A DNA stretch of 64,000 nucleotides from Chloroflexota bacterium (GTDB lineage: Bacteria; Chloroflexota; UBA11872; UBA12225). The stretch is from positions 12,926 to 76,925 of the forward strand of contig CANFGH010000004.1 in the NCBI GenBank assembly GCA_947446285.1, given 5' to 3'. Position numbers and translations under genes: made by a program. This document shows, piece after piece, positions 26,001 through 33,882 of the stretch. Within the stretch, counting starts at the first letter, position 1, and the number at the start of each line of letters is the position of its first letter. The notes under the pieces were generated by a model. That model was not told the DNA's origin. It saw nothing but the letters and a program-made list of their open reading frames with translations, and ran no database searches.

Positions 26001-28637
26001 CTGATCTTCGCGCAGATCCCGCTGATGCTCAAGATCGAAGACGGCGCGGAGGTCCAGGCACCGATTGGCTGGGTCATTTTCGGCGGGATGATCAGTTCCA
26101 CCATTCTCGCCCTCGTCTTCGTCCCCACGCTGTACACACTCGTCGACGACTTCCAGAACTGGATTTTGCGGGGGTTCAAGCGCGACCGGTCGCGTGGACC
26201 TAAGGAGAAGGATATGAATGGATCGGGTTCCTCCACATCGGGCAACAACGACGAGATCGTTGTGCGTCCGGCCACGGAGAAGGTTGGCGTCGGGGCCACC
26301 GTCTCGCGCATCGCCACCACTGGCACCAACCTCGCAGTTGCAATCGTTGCCGTCGGAGGACTGTTCCTGAGTGCTTGCGGAACCCAGCCAGACACCGCCA
26401 AGGCTGCCCCGGTTGCGCCACCACTCAATGTGGCGGTCGTCGACGCTCGCAAGGAAACGGTTCGTGCGTCCGTGACCAGCAGTGGCGCGGTTGAGGCAAC
26501 GGATCAGGTTTCAGTCAGTACAAAGGTTTCGGGACGGGTCACCCGCCTCGACGCCGAAGTCGGCCAGAACGTGAAGGCCGGGCAACTGATCGCCGAACTT
26601 GATCGCGTGATCATCGAAGCCCAAGTTGCCCAAGCCGAAGCCGGACTGATGGGTGCCCAGGTCCGCTTGGGCCAACTCGAACGGGGACCACGCGCTGACG
26701 ATGTCGCCGTGGCCGCCGCCCAGCGCACCGCTGCCGAGAAGCAAGCCGACGCCGTCGCATCGCAAGCGGCTGTCGCAGAACAGTCCCTGACCACCTTTGA
26801 CGCCCAGATTGATGCCTCCACCAGCCAGGCCAACGCCTCCAAGGCGTCGGCACAGGCAGCAAAGACGCAGTCCCAAGGCGCACGTGCCCAGGCAAGCGGC
26901 GCGCGCAACCAGGCCAATGCCGCTCGCGCTCAGGCAAACGCCGCCAAAGTCCGCCTTGACCAGCTGAAGAACCCGCGTCCCGAAGACCTCGCTCTTCTTG
27001 AGAGCCAGGTCGAGACTGCCAAGATCCGACTTTCCCAGGCGTCCCAGCGTGACGAGGAAATCCGGGTTGTCCAGGCACAGGTCGAAGCCGCCCGCCTCGC
27101 CCTTCAGCAGGCGCAGGATCCGGCCCGCCCGGAACAGCTCCGGGCCGCTCAGGCACAGCTCGATGTCGCCAAGGCGACGCTGTCGAACCTCACCGAGGCT
27201 CCAGTCCGCGCTGAAGACCTTGAATCGATCCGTCTGGCGTATGAGAGCGCCGACAAGGCGTACGAAGCATCCGGTGACAGCCTGCGAATCGCCGAGAAGG
27301 CATATGACGCGGCCAAGCGCAGCCGGTCCACGTACGGCCCAGCCGTCGTGTCCGACTCGGTTCTCGCCCAGGCCGAAGGTGGTGTCGTCGCAGCTCAGGC
27401 AAATATCGAGCAAGCACGGATCCGCCGTGACACCGCCCGCGAGTCCTACAACAAGGCCCAAGCCGGCGCGACAGGTTGGGACCTCCGCAAGACCCAACTC
27501 GCCGTCGAAGCCGCGCAGGCCACCGTTGACCTGACCCGCAATCCTGACCCGGTCCGCGTCAAGAATGCCCAACTCACCCTCGAACAGGCTCAACTCAACC
27601 TCGAACTCCGGCAGCGCCAGATTGGCTTCGACCTCCAGACCGCCAAGGAAGGCCTGAAGGTTGCCGAGAACCAGCGCGCCAAGGTCGTCAACCCCGGAGA
27701 GTTCGACATCAAGTCCCTTGAAGAGGCTTCAAAGGCCGCTGAGGCCCAGGCACTCGGTGCGGAAGCTTCGGCCCAAGCCGCCGAAGCCAGCGCAGACGCC
27801 TCTGCAATCCAGGCAGAGGCTGCGGCTTCACAGGCCGGCGCCGCGGCCGCTCAGGTCAACGCTCTCTTGTCGCAGCGCACTGGGGCCGAATTCCAGATAA
27901 CAGGTGCCCGCAGTCAAGCCGACGGGGCGCGCGCAACCGCCGACCAGGCGGCTAGTGCGTACAAGTTGCGTGCGAACCCTTACACAGAGGACGACCTCAA
28001 GACCGCTCGTGTCGGTGTGGCTCAGGCCGAGGCGGCCGTCCGCCTCGGCCAAGCCAACCTTGCCGAAACCTACGTCTATGCGCCCATCGATGGCGTGATT
28101 ACCGCCCGGAACACCTCCATCGGATCACTGCTCAATCCGGGCCAACCAGTCGTCACCATCATTTCATCTGCCATCGAAATCACGGTCCCGGTTGAGGAAG
28201 CGAAGGTCGGTTCCGTCAAAGAAGGCCAAGCCGTCACGATGACCTCTCCCGCCCTTCCCGGAGTTTCGCTCGAAGGGAAGATCAACGCTGTCACTCCATC
28301 GGGTGACACCCGTAACCGTTCGTTCACCGCCCGCGTCCGCCTGGTGAAGCCCGACAGCCGACTGCGTCCGGGCATGTTCGTCAACACATCCATTGCCACC
28401 GAAGAGCGAGCGAACGCCATCGTGGTGAACCGCGAGGCCATCATCCTGACCAACGGCAAGAGCCAACTCTTCATAGTTGGAGCTGGCAACAAGGTTGAGA
28501 GCAGGGCCATCAAGGTGGGAATCTCCACGGGCAGCCTCGTGGAGGTTCTCGAAGGCGTGAGCGCCGGCGACAAGGTCATTGTCACGGGGGTCGAGGATCT
28601 CCGGGACGGACAGGTGGTCACCCCGGTATCGAAGTAG
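23001..28637 (+). CDS. RND (AcrB/HAE1-like) efflux permease fused in frame to a TM/lipobox segment and a periplasmic adaptor (MFP) with a giant coiled coil
   Basis: There is no in-frame stop from 23001 to 28637. The N-terminal ~1,070 aa are typical RND (SIRRPLLMLMV..FPSVNFPVVSV..). The segment ..LFLSAC (Cys codon 26376-26378) follows. Lipoyl, hairpin, beta-barrel and MP domains of an adaptor come next (VSGRVTRLDAEVGQNVKAGQLIAELD ... YVYAPIDGVI ...). The TTG at 22974 in the track is a less likely start than the ATG at 23001. Confidence 0.8.
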   Translation: MTSKTTPNQPASHEVESALNDPSGGIGGITALSIRRPLLMLMVILSVMIFGLIAYGRLGVDLFPSVNFPVVSVSIPYPGASPEVVESLVTRPVEDAVSGLADLDTINSTSSEGVAVVIVTFKDKADPQTVAIEVEKRVNGIRGQLPNDIIAPTILKFDFTAAPIITLGLTGANVTPAQAFRIADELVRPKLETTNGVGQVSIFGGQQREVQVKVDPNRLRAYNLTLAQVSQALGSENIDAPGGRVDDGSRNLNIRLDARFRSVDQIRDTVVQALPTGGTIRVRDLAEVIDGYKEQTFLARVNGSPGVGISVSKQSSSNVTQTAANVRATLAKIRTTLPEGVQLIGIQDQSEFIQTSLAGVQRTLLEANILTGLVLLAFLHSWRSTLIVLLAIPTSLIATFAFMYLQGFTLNFLTTLALTLTVGILVDDSIVVLENIFQFLKRGDSPRVAAVRGRAEIGLAAIAITLVDVVVFAPVGLLSGQIGQFFRQFGFTVVAATLASLAVSFTLTPLLASRWLTSEDEHGTGPLAIFGRWWDRGFDRLEDRYRGILRWSLSHRWVIMLVAVLSFAGSIALPAAGLVKTSFFPNQDQGTFNIILELPPGSTLDATASAVAQMEAGITKLPEFKAIYSVIGQGEGGTSRQSRFANLQVILVGKRERTKSVEQLAREVKAFGEGFPGLKVRAGVPGPGGGAAQPVSLRVYGDDLKVLNDLADKIIGKFRETGGLVDITNSGQAGAPEYVVTLDRAKAADLGLSAGQVAQTLRTAYAGSVATTLRRDQTSGTASGVDVRVQLTDDTRKDITLLQQVPLISPAKGGQVYLGQIATVVPAAGPSQIQRTDRQRALTIGANLGAGLILSDVTKRVNEAIASVEVPAGYRIKIGGQADQQNNTFTEFGNALLLSIALVYILLVALYESLLYPLIVIAALPLALVGAMGGLALGQETLNTFSLIGIIALVGLVGKNSILVIDYTNTLRREQGMGRFDALMEAGPRRLRPILMTSSALIFAQIPLMLKIEDGAEVQAPIGWVIFGGMISSTILALVFVPTLYTLVDDFQNWILRGFKRDRSRGPKEKDMNGSGSSTSGNNDEIVVRPATEKVGVGATVSRIATTGTNLAVAIVAVGGLFLSACGTQPDTAKAAPVAPPLNVAVVDARKETVRASVTSSGAVEATDQVSVSTKVSGRVTRLDAEVGQNVKAGQLIAELDRVIIEAQVAQAEAGLMGAQVRLGQLERGPRADDVAVAAAQRTAAEKQADAVASQAAVAEQSLTTFDAQIDASTSQANASKASAQAAKTQSQGARAQASGARNQANAARAQANAAKVRLDQLKNPRPEDLALLESQVETAKIRLSQASQRDEEIRVVQAQVEAARLALQQAQDPARPEQLRAAQAQLDVAKATLSNLTEAPVRAEDLESIRLAYESADKAYEASGDSLRIAEKAYDAAKRSRSTYGPAVVSDSVLAQAEGGVVAAQANIEQARIRRDTARESYNKAQAGATGWDLRKTQLAVEAAQATVDLTRNPDPVRVKNAQLTLEQAQLNLELRQRQIGFDLQTAKEGLKVAENQRAKVVNPGEFDIKSLEEASKAAEAQALGAEASAQAAEASADASAIQAEAAASQAGAAAAQVNALLSQRTGAEFQITGARSQADGARATADQAASAYKLRANPYTEDDLKTARVGVAQAEAAVRLGQANLAETYVYAPIDGVITARNTSIGSLLNPGQPVVTIISSAIEITVPVEEAKVGSVKEGQAVTMTSPALPGVSLEGKINAVTPSGDTRNRSFTARVRLVKPDSRLRPGMFVNTSIATEERANAIVVNREAIILTNGKSQLFIVGAGNKVESRAIKVGISTGSLVEVLEGVSAGDKVIVTGVEDLRDGQVVTPVSK

Positions 28638-28657
28638 GGACCTCTCCAGACCAGCAA

Positions 28658-28693
28658 GCCGAAGGCCCGGTCATGCGTGACCGGGCCTTCGGC
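28658..28693. terminator. Bidirectional stem-loop terminator between convergent genes
   Basis: GCCGAAGGCCCGGTCA-tgcg-TGACCGGGCCTTCGGC forms a 16-bp perfect stem, followed by ATTTC. Confidence 0.6.
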
Positions 28694-28696
28694 ATT

Positions 28697-28951
28697 TCAA
28701 GCGTCCGCAGGGTCGCCGTCAGGTGACGCAAGCAGATAGATGCCAAGAGCCGCCAAAGCCAAGAGCGCGGACAGGACAACGGGCCCGCCGTGCCTGCCGA
28801 CAAATGCCACGACGACACTTGCAGTAACCAAAACCCCGATGGCCCAATTGGCAATCTGTCTCATCGTGAACCCGGCAACCAACGGCTCGGGATTGGCCTC
28901 GCCGTCTCGCAACGGGTCACTTGGGTCGGGAGTGCGATCATCCAACGTCAT
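28697..28951 (-). CDS. Small membrane protein (two TM helices), hypothetical
   Basis: The protein is MTLDDRTPDPSDPLRDGEANPEPLVAGFTMRQIANWAIGVLVTASVVVAFVG..LLALAALGIYLL. Its start overlaps the upstream stop (ATGA). Confidence 0.4.
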   Translation of the reverse strand: MTLDDRTPDPSDPLRDGEANPEPLVAGFTMRQIANWAIGVLVTASVVVAFVGRHGGPVVLSALLALAALGIYLLASPDGDPADA

Positions 28952-29562
28952 GCCAGTCCTATCAGGATGAACGCCACGGCGCCGGCATTGGTCACGTAAT
29001 ACTGGGCAAGGCACGCACCCGGAGGCCCCTCGGCGCGTGAACTCTGGTAGTCTGCAGCACTCAGCACACGTGCCAAAGACACGCTATCGAACCGTTCACG
29101 AGGCCCCGCCTCGCGATCGCCAACGACAAACGCCTCTACTCCTTGAAAAACCGCGTCGGTAGGCAACCACGACCGTGCAACAGTCCCGGCTTCGGCAATC
29201 GTCCAGTCATCCGGTTCGACATCGACCGCATTCGAACTCTGCCTTTCACGACCAACTGAGACCTGGCGCACACGTCCCCCTGGAAGGACATCGGCCACGA
29301 TCCGACCCGGAGGCATCGTCCACGCCAGGCGGAGTTCTCCCCGGTCTCCAGTCGCCTGGAGTGGAGCATGGCCGGAAGCGCGTTGTTCCCACGTCGCAAG
29401 CAATCCACCGATACGCCCGCTCAGCGTTGCAGGTTCAGCAAATGGCATGCCTTCAACGGCAATGCCAATTCCAATCCCCGCAATGCCACTCCCAGCAACG
29501 ATTCCGGCCGTCACAAGGCCGTCACGTCGCGACCACCTGCCCAGTCGCGAGGCTTCAGGCAT
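28948..29562 (-). CDS. Hypothetical membrane-anchored protein
   Basis: One N-terminal TM segment (IVAGSGIAGIGIGIAV) and a C-terminal hydrophobic end. No family recognised. Confidence 0.4.
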   Translation of the reverse strand: MPEASRLGRWSRRDGLVTAGIVAGSGIAGIGIGIAVEGMPFAEPATLSGRIGGLLATWEQRASGHAPLQATGDRGELRLAWTMPPGRIVADVLPGGRVRQVSVGRERQSSNAVDVEPDDWTIAEAGTVARSWLPTDAVFQGVEAFVVGDREAGPRERFDSVSLARVLSAADYQSSRAEGPPGACLAQYYVTNAGAVAFILIGLA

Positions 29563-30031
29563 GGGCCCCACCCTCAAAGTCAGTCGCCCCAATCAGTCCG
29601 ATGACTTGACGCGATGCCACGTCAACTGATGGGTGAAGATTGGTCGCCTTCATGAACTTCATTGTCATGCTGGCCTTCGCCAGGGGATGAGCCCCGACCA
29701 CGTCGCAAAGGTAGACGCCATCGAGGCCCGTACCGCGTGATCGCCGGGCCGAGACCGGGCGCCACTCGTCTGCCTTGATACCGTGCGTGCTTTCCAGGTG
29801 TTCCCGCAAACGCGACTGCGGTTGGTCAAAACGCCCTAATGAAACTCCCGGCAAGGACCACTCGCCAGATGGATCAGCCACCAACAGGACGGCACCGTCG
29901 GAGCCTCGGACCTTACCCACCGCACGAACGGCAACCTTCTCATTGAGAAGCCACATCGTGTGAACGCGTCTACGTTCGATAAAGACCCACGTCCAGACCC
30001 ACGCAACGGCACAAACCGCCATCCGAACCAT
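29555..30031 (-). CDS. Hypothetical protein with an N-terminal TM helix and a degenerate Nudix-like segment
   Basis: LPGVSLGRFDQPQSRLREHLESTHGI loosely resembles a Nudix box. This is a weak call and the start is uncertain. Confidence 0.3.
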   Translation of the reverse strand: MVRMAVCAVAWVWTWVFIERRRVHTMWLLNEKVAVRAVGKVRGSDGAVLLVADPSGEWSLPGVSLGRFDQPQSRLREHLESTHGIKADEWRPVSARRSRGTGLDGVYLCDVVGAHPLAKASMTMKFMKATNLHPSVDVASRQVIGLIGATDFEGGAHA

Positions 30032-30068
30032 GAAAGTCAAGGAGCGCAACTCGGCGATTCGGATGCCG

Positions 30069-31202
30069 TCAGAAACTCGTCGATAGTGGCACGGTACGGC
30101 CATCCCGGGCCGCGACCGGGCACGCGTTCATGATTTCAAGAACGTGGCGAGCATGAGCCGCCGTGAGGACGGGTTCGCGTCCCTCACGGATCGCCCCAAC
30201 CAGATCCTCAACCCCAATAGCCTGCTTGGCTCGGTCAAGCCGTGTCATCGGGGACATCCAGCCTCGCACACCGTGGTCCGCATCATCCAGATAAATCTCG
30301 AAAGGGAGACCACCGGCACGATCTCCACCCGGACTCCCGACGGAAAGCGATCCCTTGCTTCCGAAGATCTCCATCGATGGACCATTCGCCGCCTTCACGC
30401 AGTAACTGCTGTCCACAACTGCGAAGGTCGCGTTTCCAAAGTCCAGCGTGATGAGGTAGTTGTCCGGCACACCCGTGTGGATCTCCTTGCCGTCAAAGGC
30501 ACCTGACCGAACGGTCCGGACGGCCTCCGAGATGCCCGCCAGGCAACTCACCGCCCGAGCAGGTCCCAGGATCCCCGTGATCATTGTCAGTCCATGCACC
30601 CCCATGTCGAGCAGCGGACCCGCACCTTCCTGATGGAACCAAGACGGGTCATGGTCGCGATATTGGAAGTACTCCGGCCCACCATGAGATGACCGAACGC
30701 GTGCGAGTGACACCTTCCCTAGGGCACCCGAACCGACAAGGCGTCGCATCTCCCGCATTTCAGGCCGCAGCATGTGAATTGGCGACGCAGAAATGTAGAG
30801 ACCGCGCGCAGTGGCCTCGGTCATCAAGGTTGAAACCTCCTCGACCGTCGAGGCAAGCGGCTTCTGGGAATAGACATGGAGGCCAGCCTTCAAGGCTGCA
30901 AGGTTGACCGAAAAATGCGCCGGAATGCTTGCCAGATCGACAAGCGCGTCGACCTTTTCAGCCTGTGCAAATGCAATCAGCTTGTCAACATCAGTGAAGA
31001 CGTGGCGAACACCAAACCTCGCCGCCTGGGTCGCCGCCCAATCCGCCCGGACGTCGCACACGGCAACGATCTCGACAGCCGACATTTGGGCGATCTGAGG
31101 CAGGTACTGGTCGACAGCAATGCCACCCAGACCAACGATCACTAGACGGACGTTTCGCGACGGGTTCCCTGCCATCTTGCGCTCCAAATTCGACGGTGTC
31201 AC
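30069..31202 (-). CDS. Gfo/Idh/MocA-family oxidoreductase
   Basis: N-terminal VRLVIVGLGGIAVDQYLP Rossmann fold and the motif QKPLA in a 377-aa protein. Confidence 0.9.
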   Translation of the reverse strand: MTPSNLERKMAGNPSRNVRLVIVGLGGIAVDQYLPQIAQMSAVEIVAVCDVRADWAATQAARFGVRHVFTDVDKLIAFAQAEKVDALVDLASIPAHFSVNLAALKAGLHVYSQKPLASTVEEVSTLMTEATARGLYISASPIHMLRPEMREMRRLVGSGALGKVSLARVRSSHGGPEYFQYRDHDPSWFHQEGAGPLLDMGVHGLTMITGILGPARAVSCLAGISEAVRTVRSGAFDGKEIHTGVPDNYLITLDFGNATFAVVDSSYCVKAANGPSMEIFGSKGSLSVGSPGGDRAGGLPFEIYLDDADHGVRGWMSPMTRLDRAKQAIGVEDLVGAIREGREPVLTAAHARHVLEIMNACPVAARDGRTVPLSTSF

Positions 31203-31217
31203 AACCGCTTCACTGTG

Positions 31218-32192
31218 TCAGGAAAGTTCCGGAACGACGTGCAACGGTCGCTCTCCCCGGTGAACCCGGAGGACCTCGTCAAGGCACATCGCCGCCGAAC
31301 GTGTCTGCGCCTCGATTGCCGCACCGGCGCAGTGTGATGTCGGGATGACCTTCGGGTGTGCGATCAACGCCGCCTGTGCAGCGGTTGGTGGCTCATCGCT
31401 GAAGACGTCCAGCGCTGCCCCGCCCACATGACCGGTGACCAAAGCCTCGAGCAGGGCATGTTCATCGACAAGCTCACCACGGGCCGTGTTGATGATGCAG
31501 ACGCCCGCACGGGCCTGCGCGAGAGATGCGGAGTTGATCAAGTGCCGAGTACCCGCCGTTGATGGCGCGTGCAGGGTGACAATGTGGCTAGCAGCCATCA
31601 ATTCGTCAAGTGATACATAGGAAACGCCGGATTGCGATGCCCAATCATGATTGGGAAAGAGGTCGTACGCAACCAACTTCAGTCCGAAACCCACCGCCCG
31701 GGCCGCAACTTCACGACCGACGCGGCCAGTTCCCACAATCCCGAGCGTCTTGCCCCGGAGCTCGAAACCTGGAAACCGTGCCCATGTGCCATTCTTGGTC
31801 GCATTGGCGGTTTCGGTGACACGCCTCGCAAGGTCGAGCATGAGGCCGAACGTGTAATCGGCGACCGCATCGTGGTTCGAACCGACGGTACTCGTCACCC
31901 ACACTCCGTGAGCTCGCGCGGCCTCAAGGTCGATCGAGTCGTAGCCAACCCCGGATCGTGCAATAAGTTTCAAGGTTGGCGATGCCGCTGCAATCACCGC
32001 TTCCGTGTATGGGTCGGGCATCGAAACCGCGGCGATGCACCCCGGCAGTTGGTCGAGCAACTCCGCCTCGGTGAGCGTCACCGCCTTTGTATCCGGGATC
32101 ACCAGTTCAATCCCGGCTTCCCGCAACCGGTCGGCGTACTCGGGTAGCACCAGACGCACATTTCGCGCGGTAGCAAGGACACGTGCCGACAT
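31218..32192 (-). CDS. D-isomer-specific 2-hydroxyacid dehydrogenase (PGDH/GyaR-like)
   Basis: NAD-binding motif GIVGTGRVGREVA, plus NTARG and the catalytic His region. Confidence 0.9.
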   Translation of the reverse strand: MSARVLATARNVRLVLPEYADRLREAGIELVIPDTKAVTLTEAELLDQLPGCIAAVSMPDPYTEAVIAAASPTLKLIARSGVGYDSIDLEAARAHGVWVTSTVGSNHDAVADYTFGLMLDLARRVTETANATKNGTWARFPGFELRGKTLGIVGTGRVGREVAARAVGFGLKLVAYDLFPNHDWASQSGVSYVSLDELMAASHIVTLHAPSTAGTRHLINSASLAQARAGVCIINTARGELVDEHALLEALVTGHVGGAALDVFSDEPPTAAQAALIAHPKVIPTSHCAGAAIEAQTRSAAMCLDEVLRVHRGERPLHVVPELS

Positions 32193-32320
32193 GGATAGGT
32201 TCAGCCTCTCAATGAAGGGTCACCACACGAACCGTGTCGGCGCCGTTCGCGAGTATATCCCCGTCCGGATTGACTGACCGGTTGACGGCGACATGGTCAC
32301 CATGACACCCTCAGTGCATC

Positions 32321-32617
32321 ATGATTGTTGAAGTCGTCCACCTCCGCGCCAAGTCGGATCAGGCTGATGCGCTTCGTGAAGGTCTGCAAGCGGCCCGCGC
32401 CGTAATGTCACAGGCAGATGGCTATCTCGACAGCGCATTCCACCAAGGGATCGAAAACCCCTTGGCGTTCCTGTTGACCATTCGGTGGACCAACGTTGAC
32501 GCGCACATGGTCGGGTTCCGAGGCGGTCCCCTCTTCCCCGCCTGGCGCAGCCTCTTCACCCACACACTGGACGGTGCGCCGGTAATGAGCCACTACACAA
32601 TCTTCGCCGGGTCGTGA
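32321..32617 (+). CDS. Antibiotic-biosynthesis-monooxygenase (ABM) domain protein
   Basis: 98 aa with a ferredoxin-like pattern (W.s.eAh..f). Confidence 0.7.
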   Translation: MIVEVVHLRAKSDQADALREGLQAARAVMSQADGYLDSAFHQGIENPLAFLLTIRWTNVDAHMVGFRGGPLFPAWRSLFTHTLDGAPVMSHYTIFAGS

Positions 32618-32708
32618 ATCGCTCCTTCAAGGCACCCCTCGCCTCGCCCTGAGAGACATCGTTCGCAACTTGGCAATCCGCACGAACACCAAGGTAGGTA
32701 GCCCACGA

Positions 32709-33866
32709 ATGGCCAAAGCAGTCCCGGGGGCAACCCTGCCAGTTCTCCGCTTTTCCGGCGGCCATACCGCCCTTGGACGCACGATGGGCGCGTATCGTTG
32801 CATTCAAATCCTGAGTACTGTCGAAATCGCCCACGAGGTCCTGACGTCCGAAGGGACTGATGACGCGACCCTTCGGGCTCAGATCGAACCGTATCTGGAG
32901 TTCGCTGAACGGTACACGCCGGGTGCACTCCGCGAACTCGAAGGGCTGGCGTTGGGTGCCGATGTCCCATTCGACACACTCTTTCGCCTGAACTGCTTTG
33001 AATCGCGTCCCGCAGGCTCGGCATTCCTATGGTCACGTCCCGACCGACCAACACCCGACCCAGTCCCGTCGCTTGATCCGGATATTGCGGACACGGGCAT
33101 CCCGCGTTCCCTTGATGCGGGCACTCACACGGATACGGATGCCGCTCCAGGTGGCTGCACAAGCATCGCCAGCCGAAGCGAACAGGGTGTCGTGGTCGGT
33201 CACACCGAGGACTCTTCGCCCGAGAACCTTGATGGCATCTATCTCCTGGACGCCACCGTCCTCAGCGAAGGCAGCAAGGTGGCAAACCGCTTCTCCGCAT
33301 TGAACTACGCCATGTCCCTTGCCGGGTGCGCCGCCGCGGTCAATGGACACGGCTTAATGATCATGATCGACGCCCTCCCGGACCCGGATCGCCGCCATGG
33401 GGTCCCGAGAAGTTGCGTGTCCCGCGTCCTTCTGGATCAACCGTCGATTGATGAGGCAATCGACTTGCTTCACCAAATGCCTCGCGGTGGTGGGTGGAAC
33501 TACTTCATGGTGCAGGGCCACCGGATCGTCAATGTTGAGACAACGGCCACAACCGTGATCGTCAATGACGCCACGCTCAGCGGCGCGTACGCCCATAGCA
33601 ATCACTACCTGACGCCAGAGATTGCAGAACGGGCCGGAGACCCCCGCCCGAACTCCATCGCGCGCCTTGGGAGGGCCCAGGAACTTGTGCGTCCCAAGAT
33701 GCACGTGCAAGACATGATTTCGGCCCTGTCGGACCGGACTGGGTTTCCAGACAGTATCTGTCGCGAGCGCACTATAGCGGCGTGGGTAGCCGACACCGTC
33801 GCGCGCACCGTCAAGGTCTGCTGGGGCGAGCCAGACGACGCGACCTGGACGACGTTTTCGTACTAA
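32709..33866 (+). CDS. C45-family peptidase / acyl-CoA:6-APA acyltransferase-like Ntn hydrolase
   Basis: GGCTSIA is a candidate nucleophile Cys. The overall length and pattern resemble the C45 family. Confidence 0.55.
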   Translation: MAKAVPGATLPVLRFSGGHTALGRTMGAYRCIQILSTVEIAHEVLTSEGTDDATLRAQIEPYLEFAERYTPGALRELEGLALGADVPFDTLFRLNCFESRPAGSAFLWSRPDRPTPDPVPSLDPDIADTGIPRSLDAGTHTDTDAAPGGCTSIASRSEQGVVVGHTEDSSPENLDGIYLLDATVLSEGSKVANRFSALNYAMSLAGCAAAVNGHGLMIMIDALPDPDRRHGVPRSCVSRVLLDQPSIDEAIDLLHQMPRGGGWNYFMVQGHRIVNVETTATTVIVNDATLSGAYAHSNHYLTPEIAERAGDPRPNSIARLGRAQELVRPKMHVQDMISALSDRTGFPDSICRERTIAAWVADTVARTVKVCWGEPDDATWTTFSY

Positions 33867-33882
33867 CCCGGACCCTGGTCGC

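Noticed and set aside
26600-28070. Possibility that the Ala/Gln-rich repetitive stretch is a non-coding repeat array or CRISPR-like element.
   Set aside because: The repeats are imperfect at the nucleotide level, lack spacer/repeat periodicity and stay in one open frame. That frame is flanked by bona fide adaptor domains, so this is coding low-complexity sequence.
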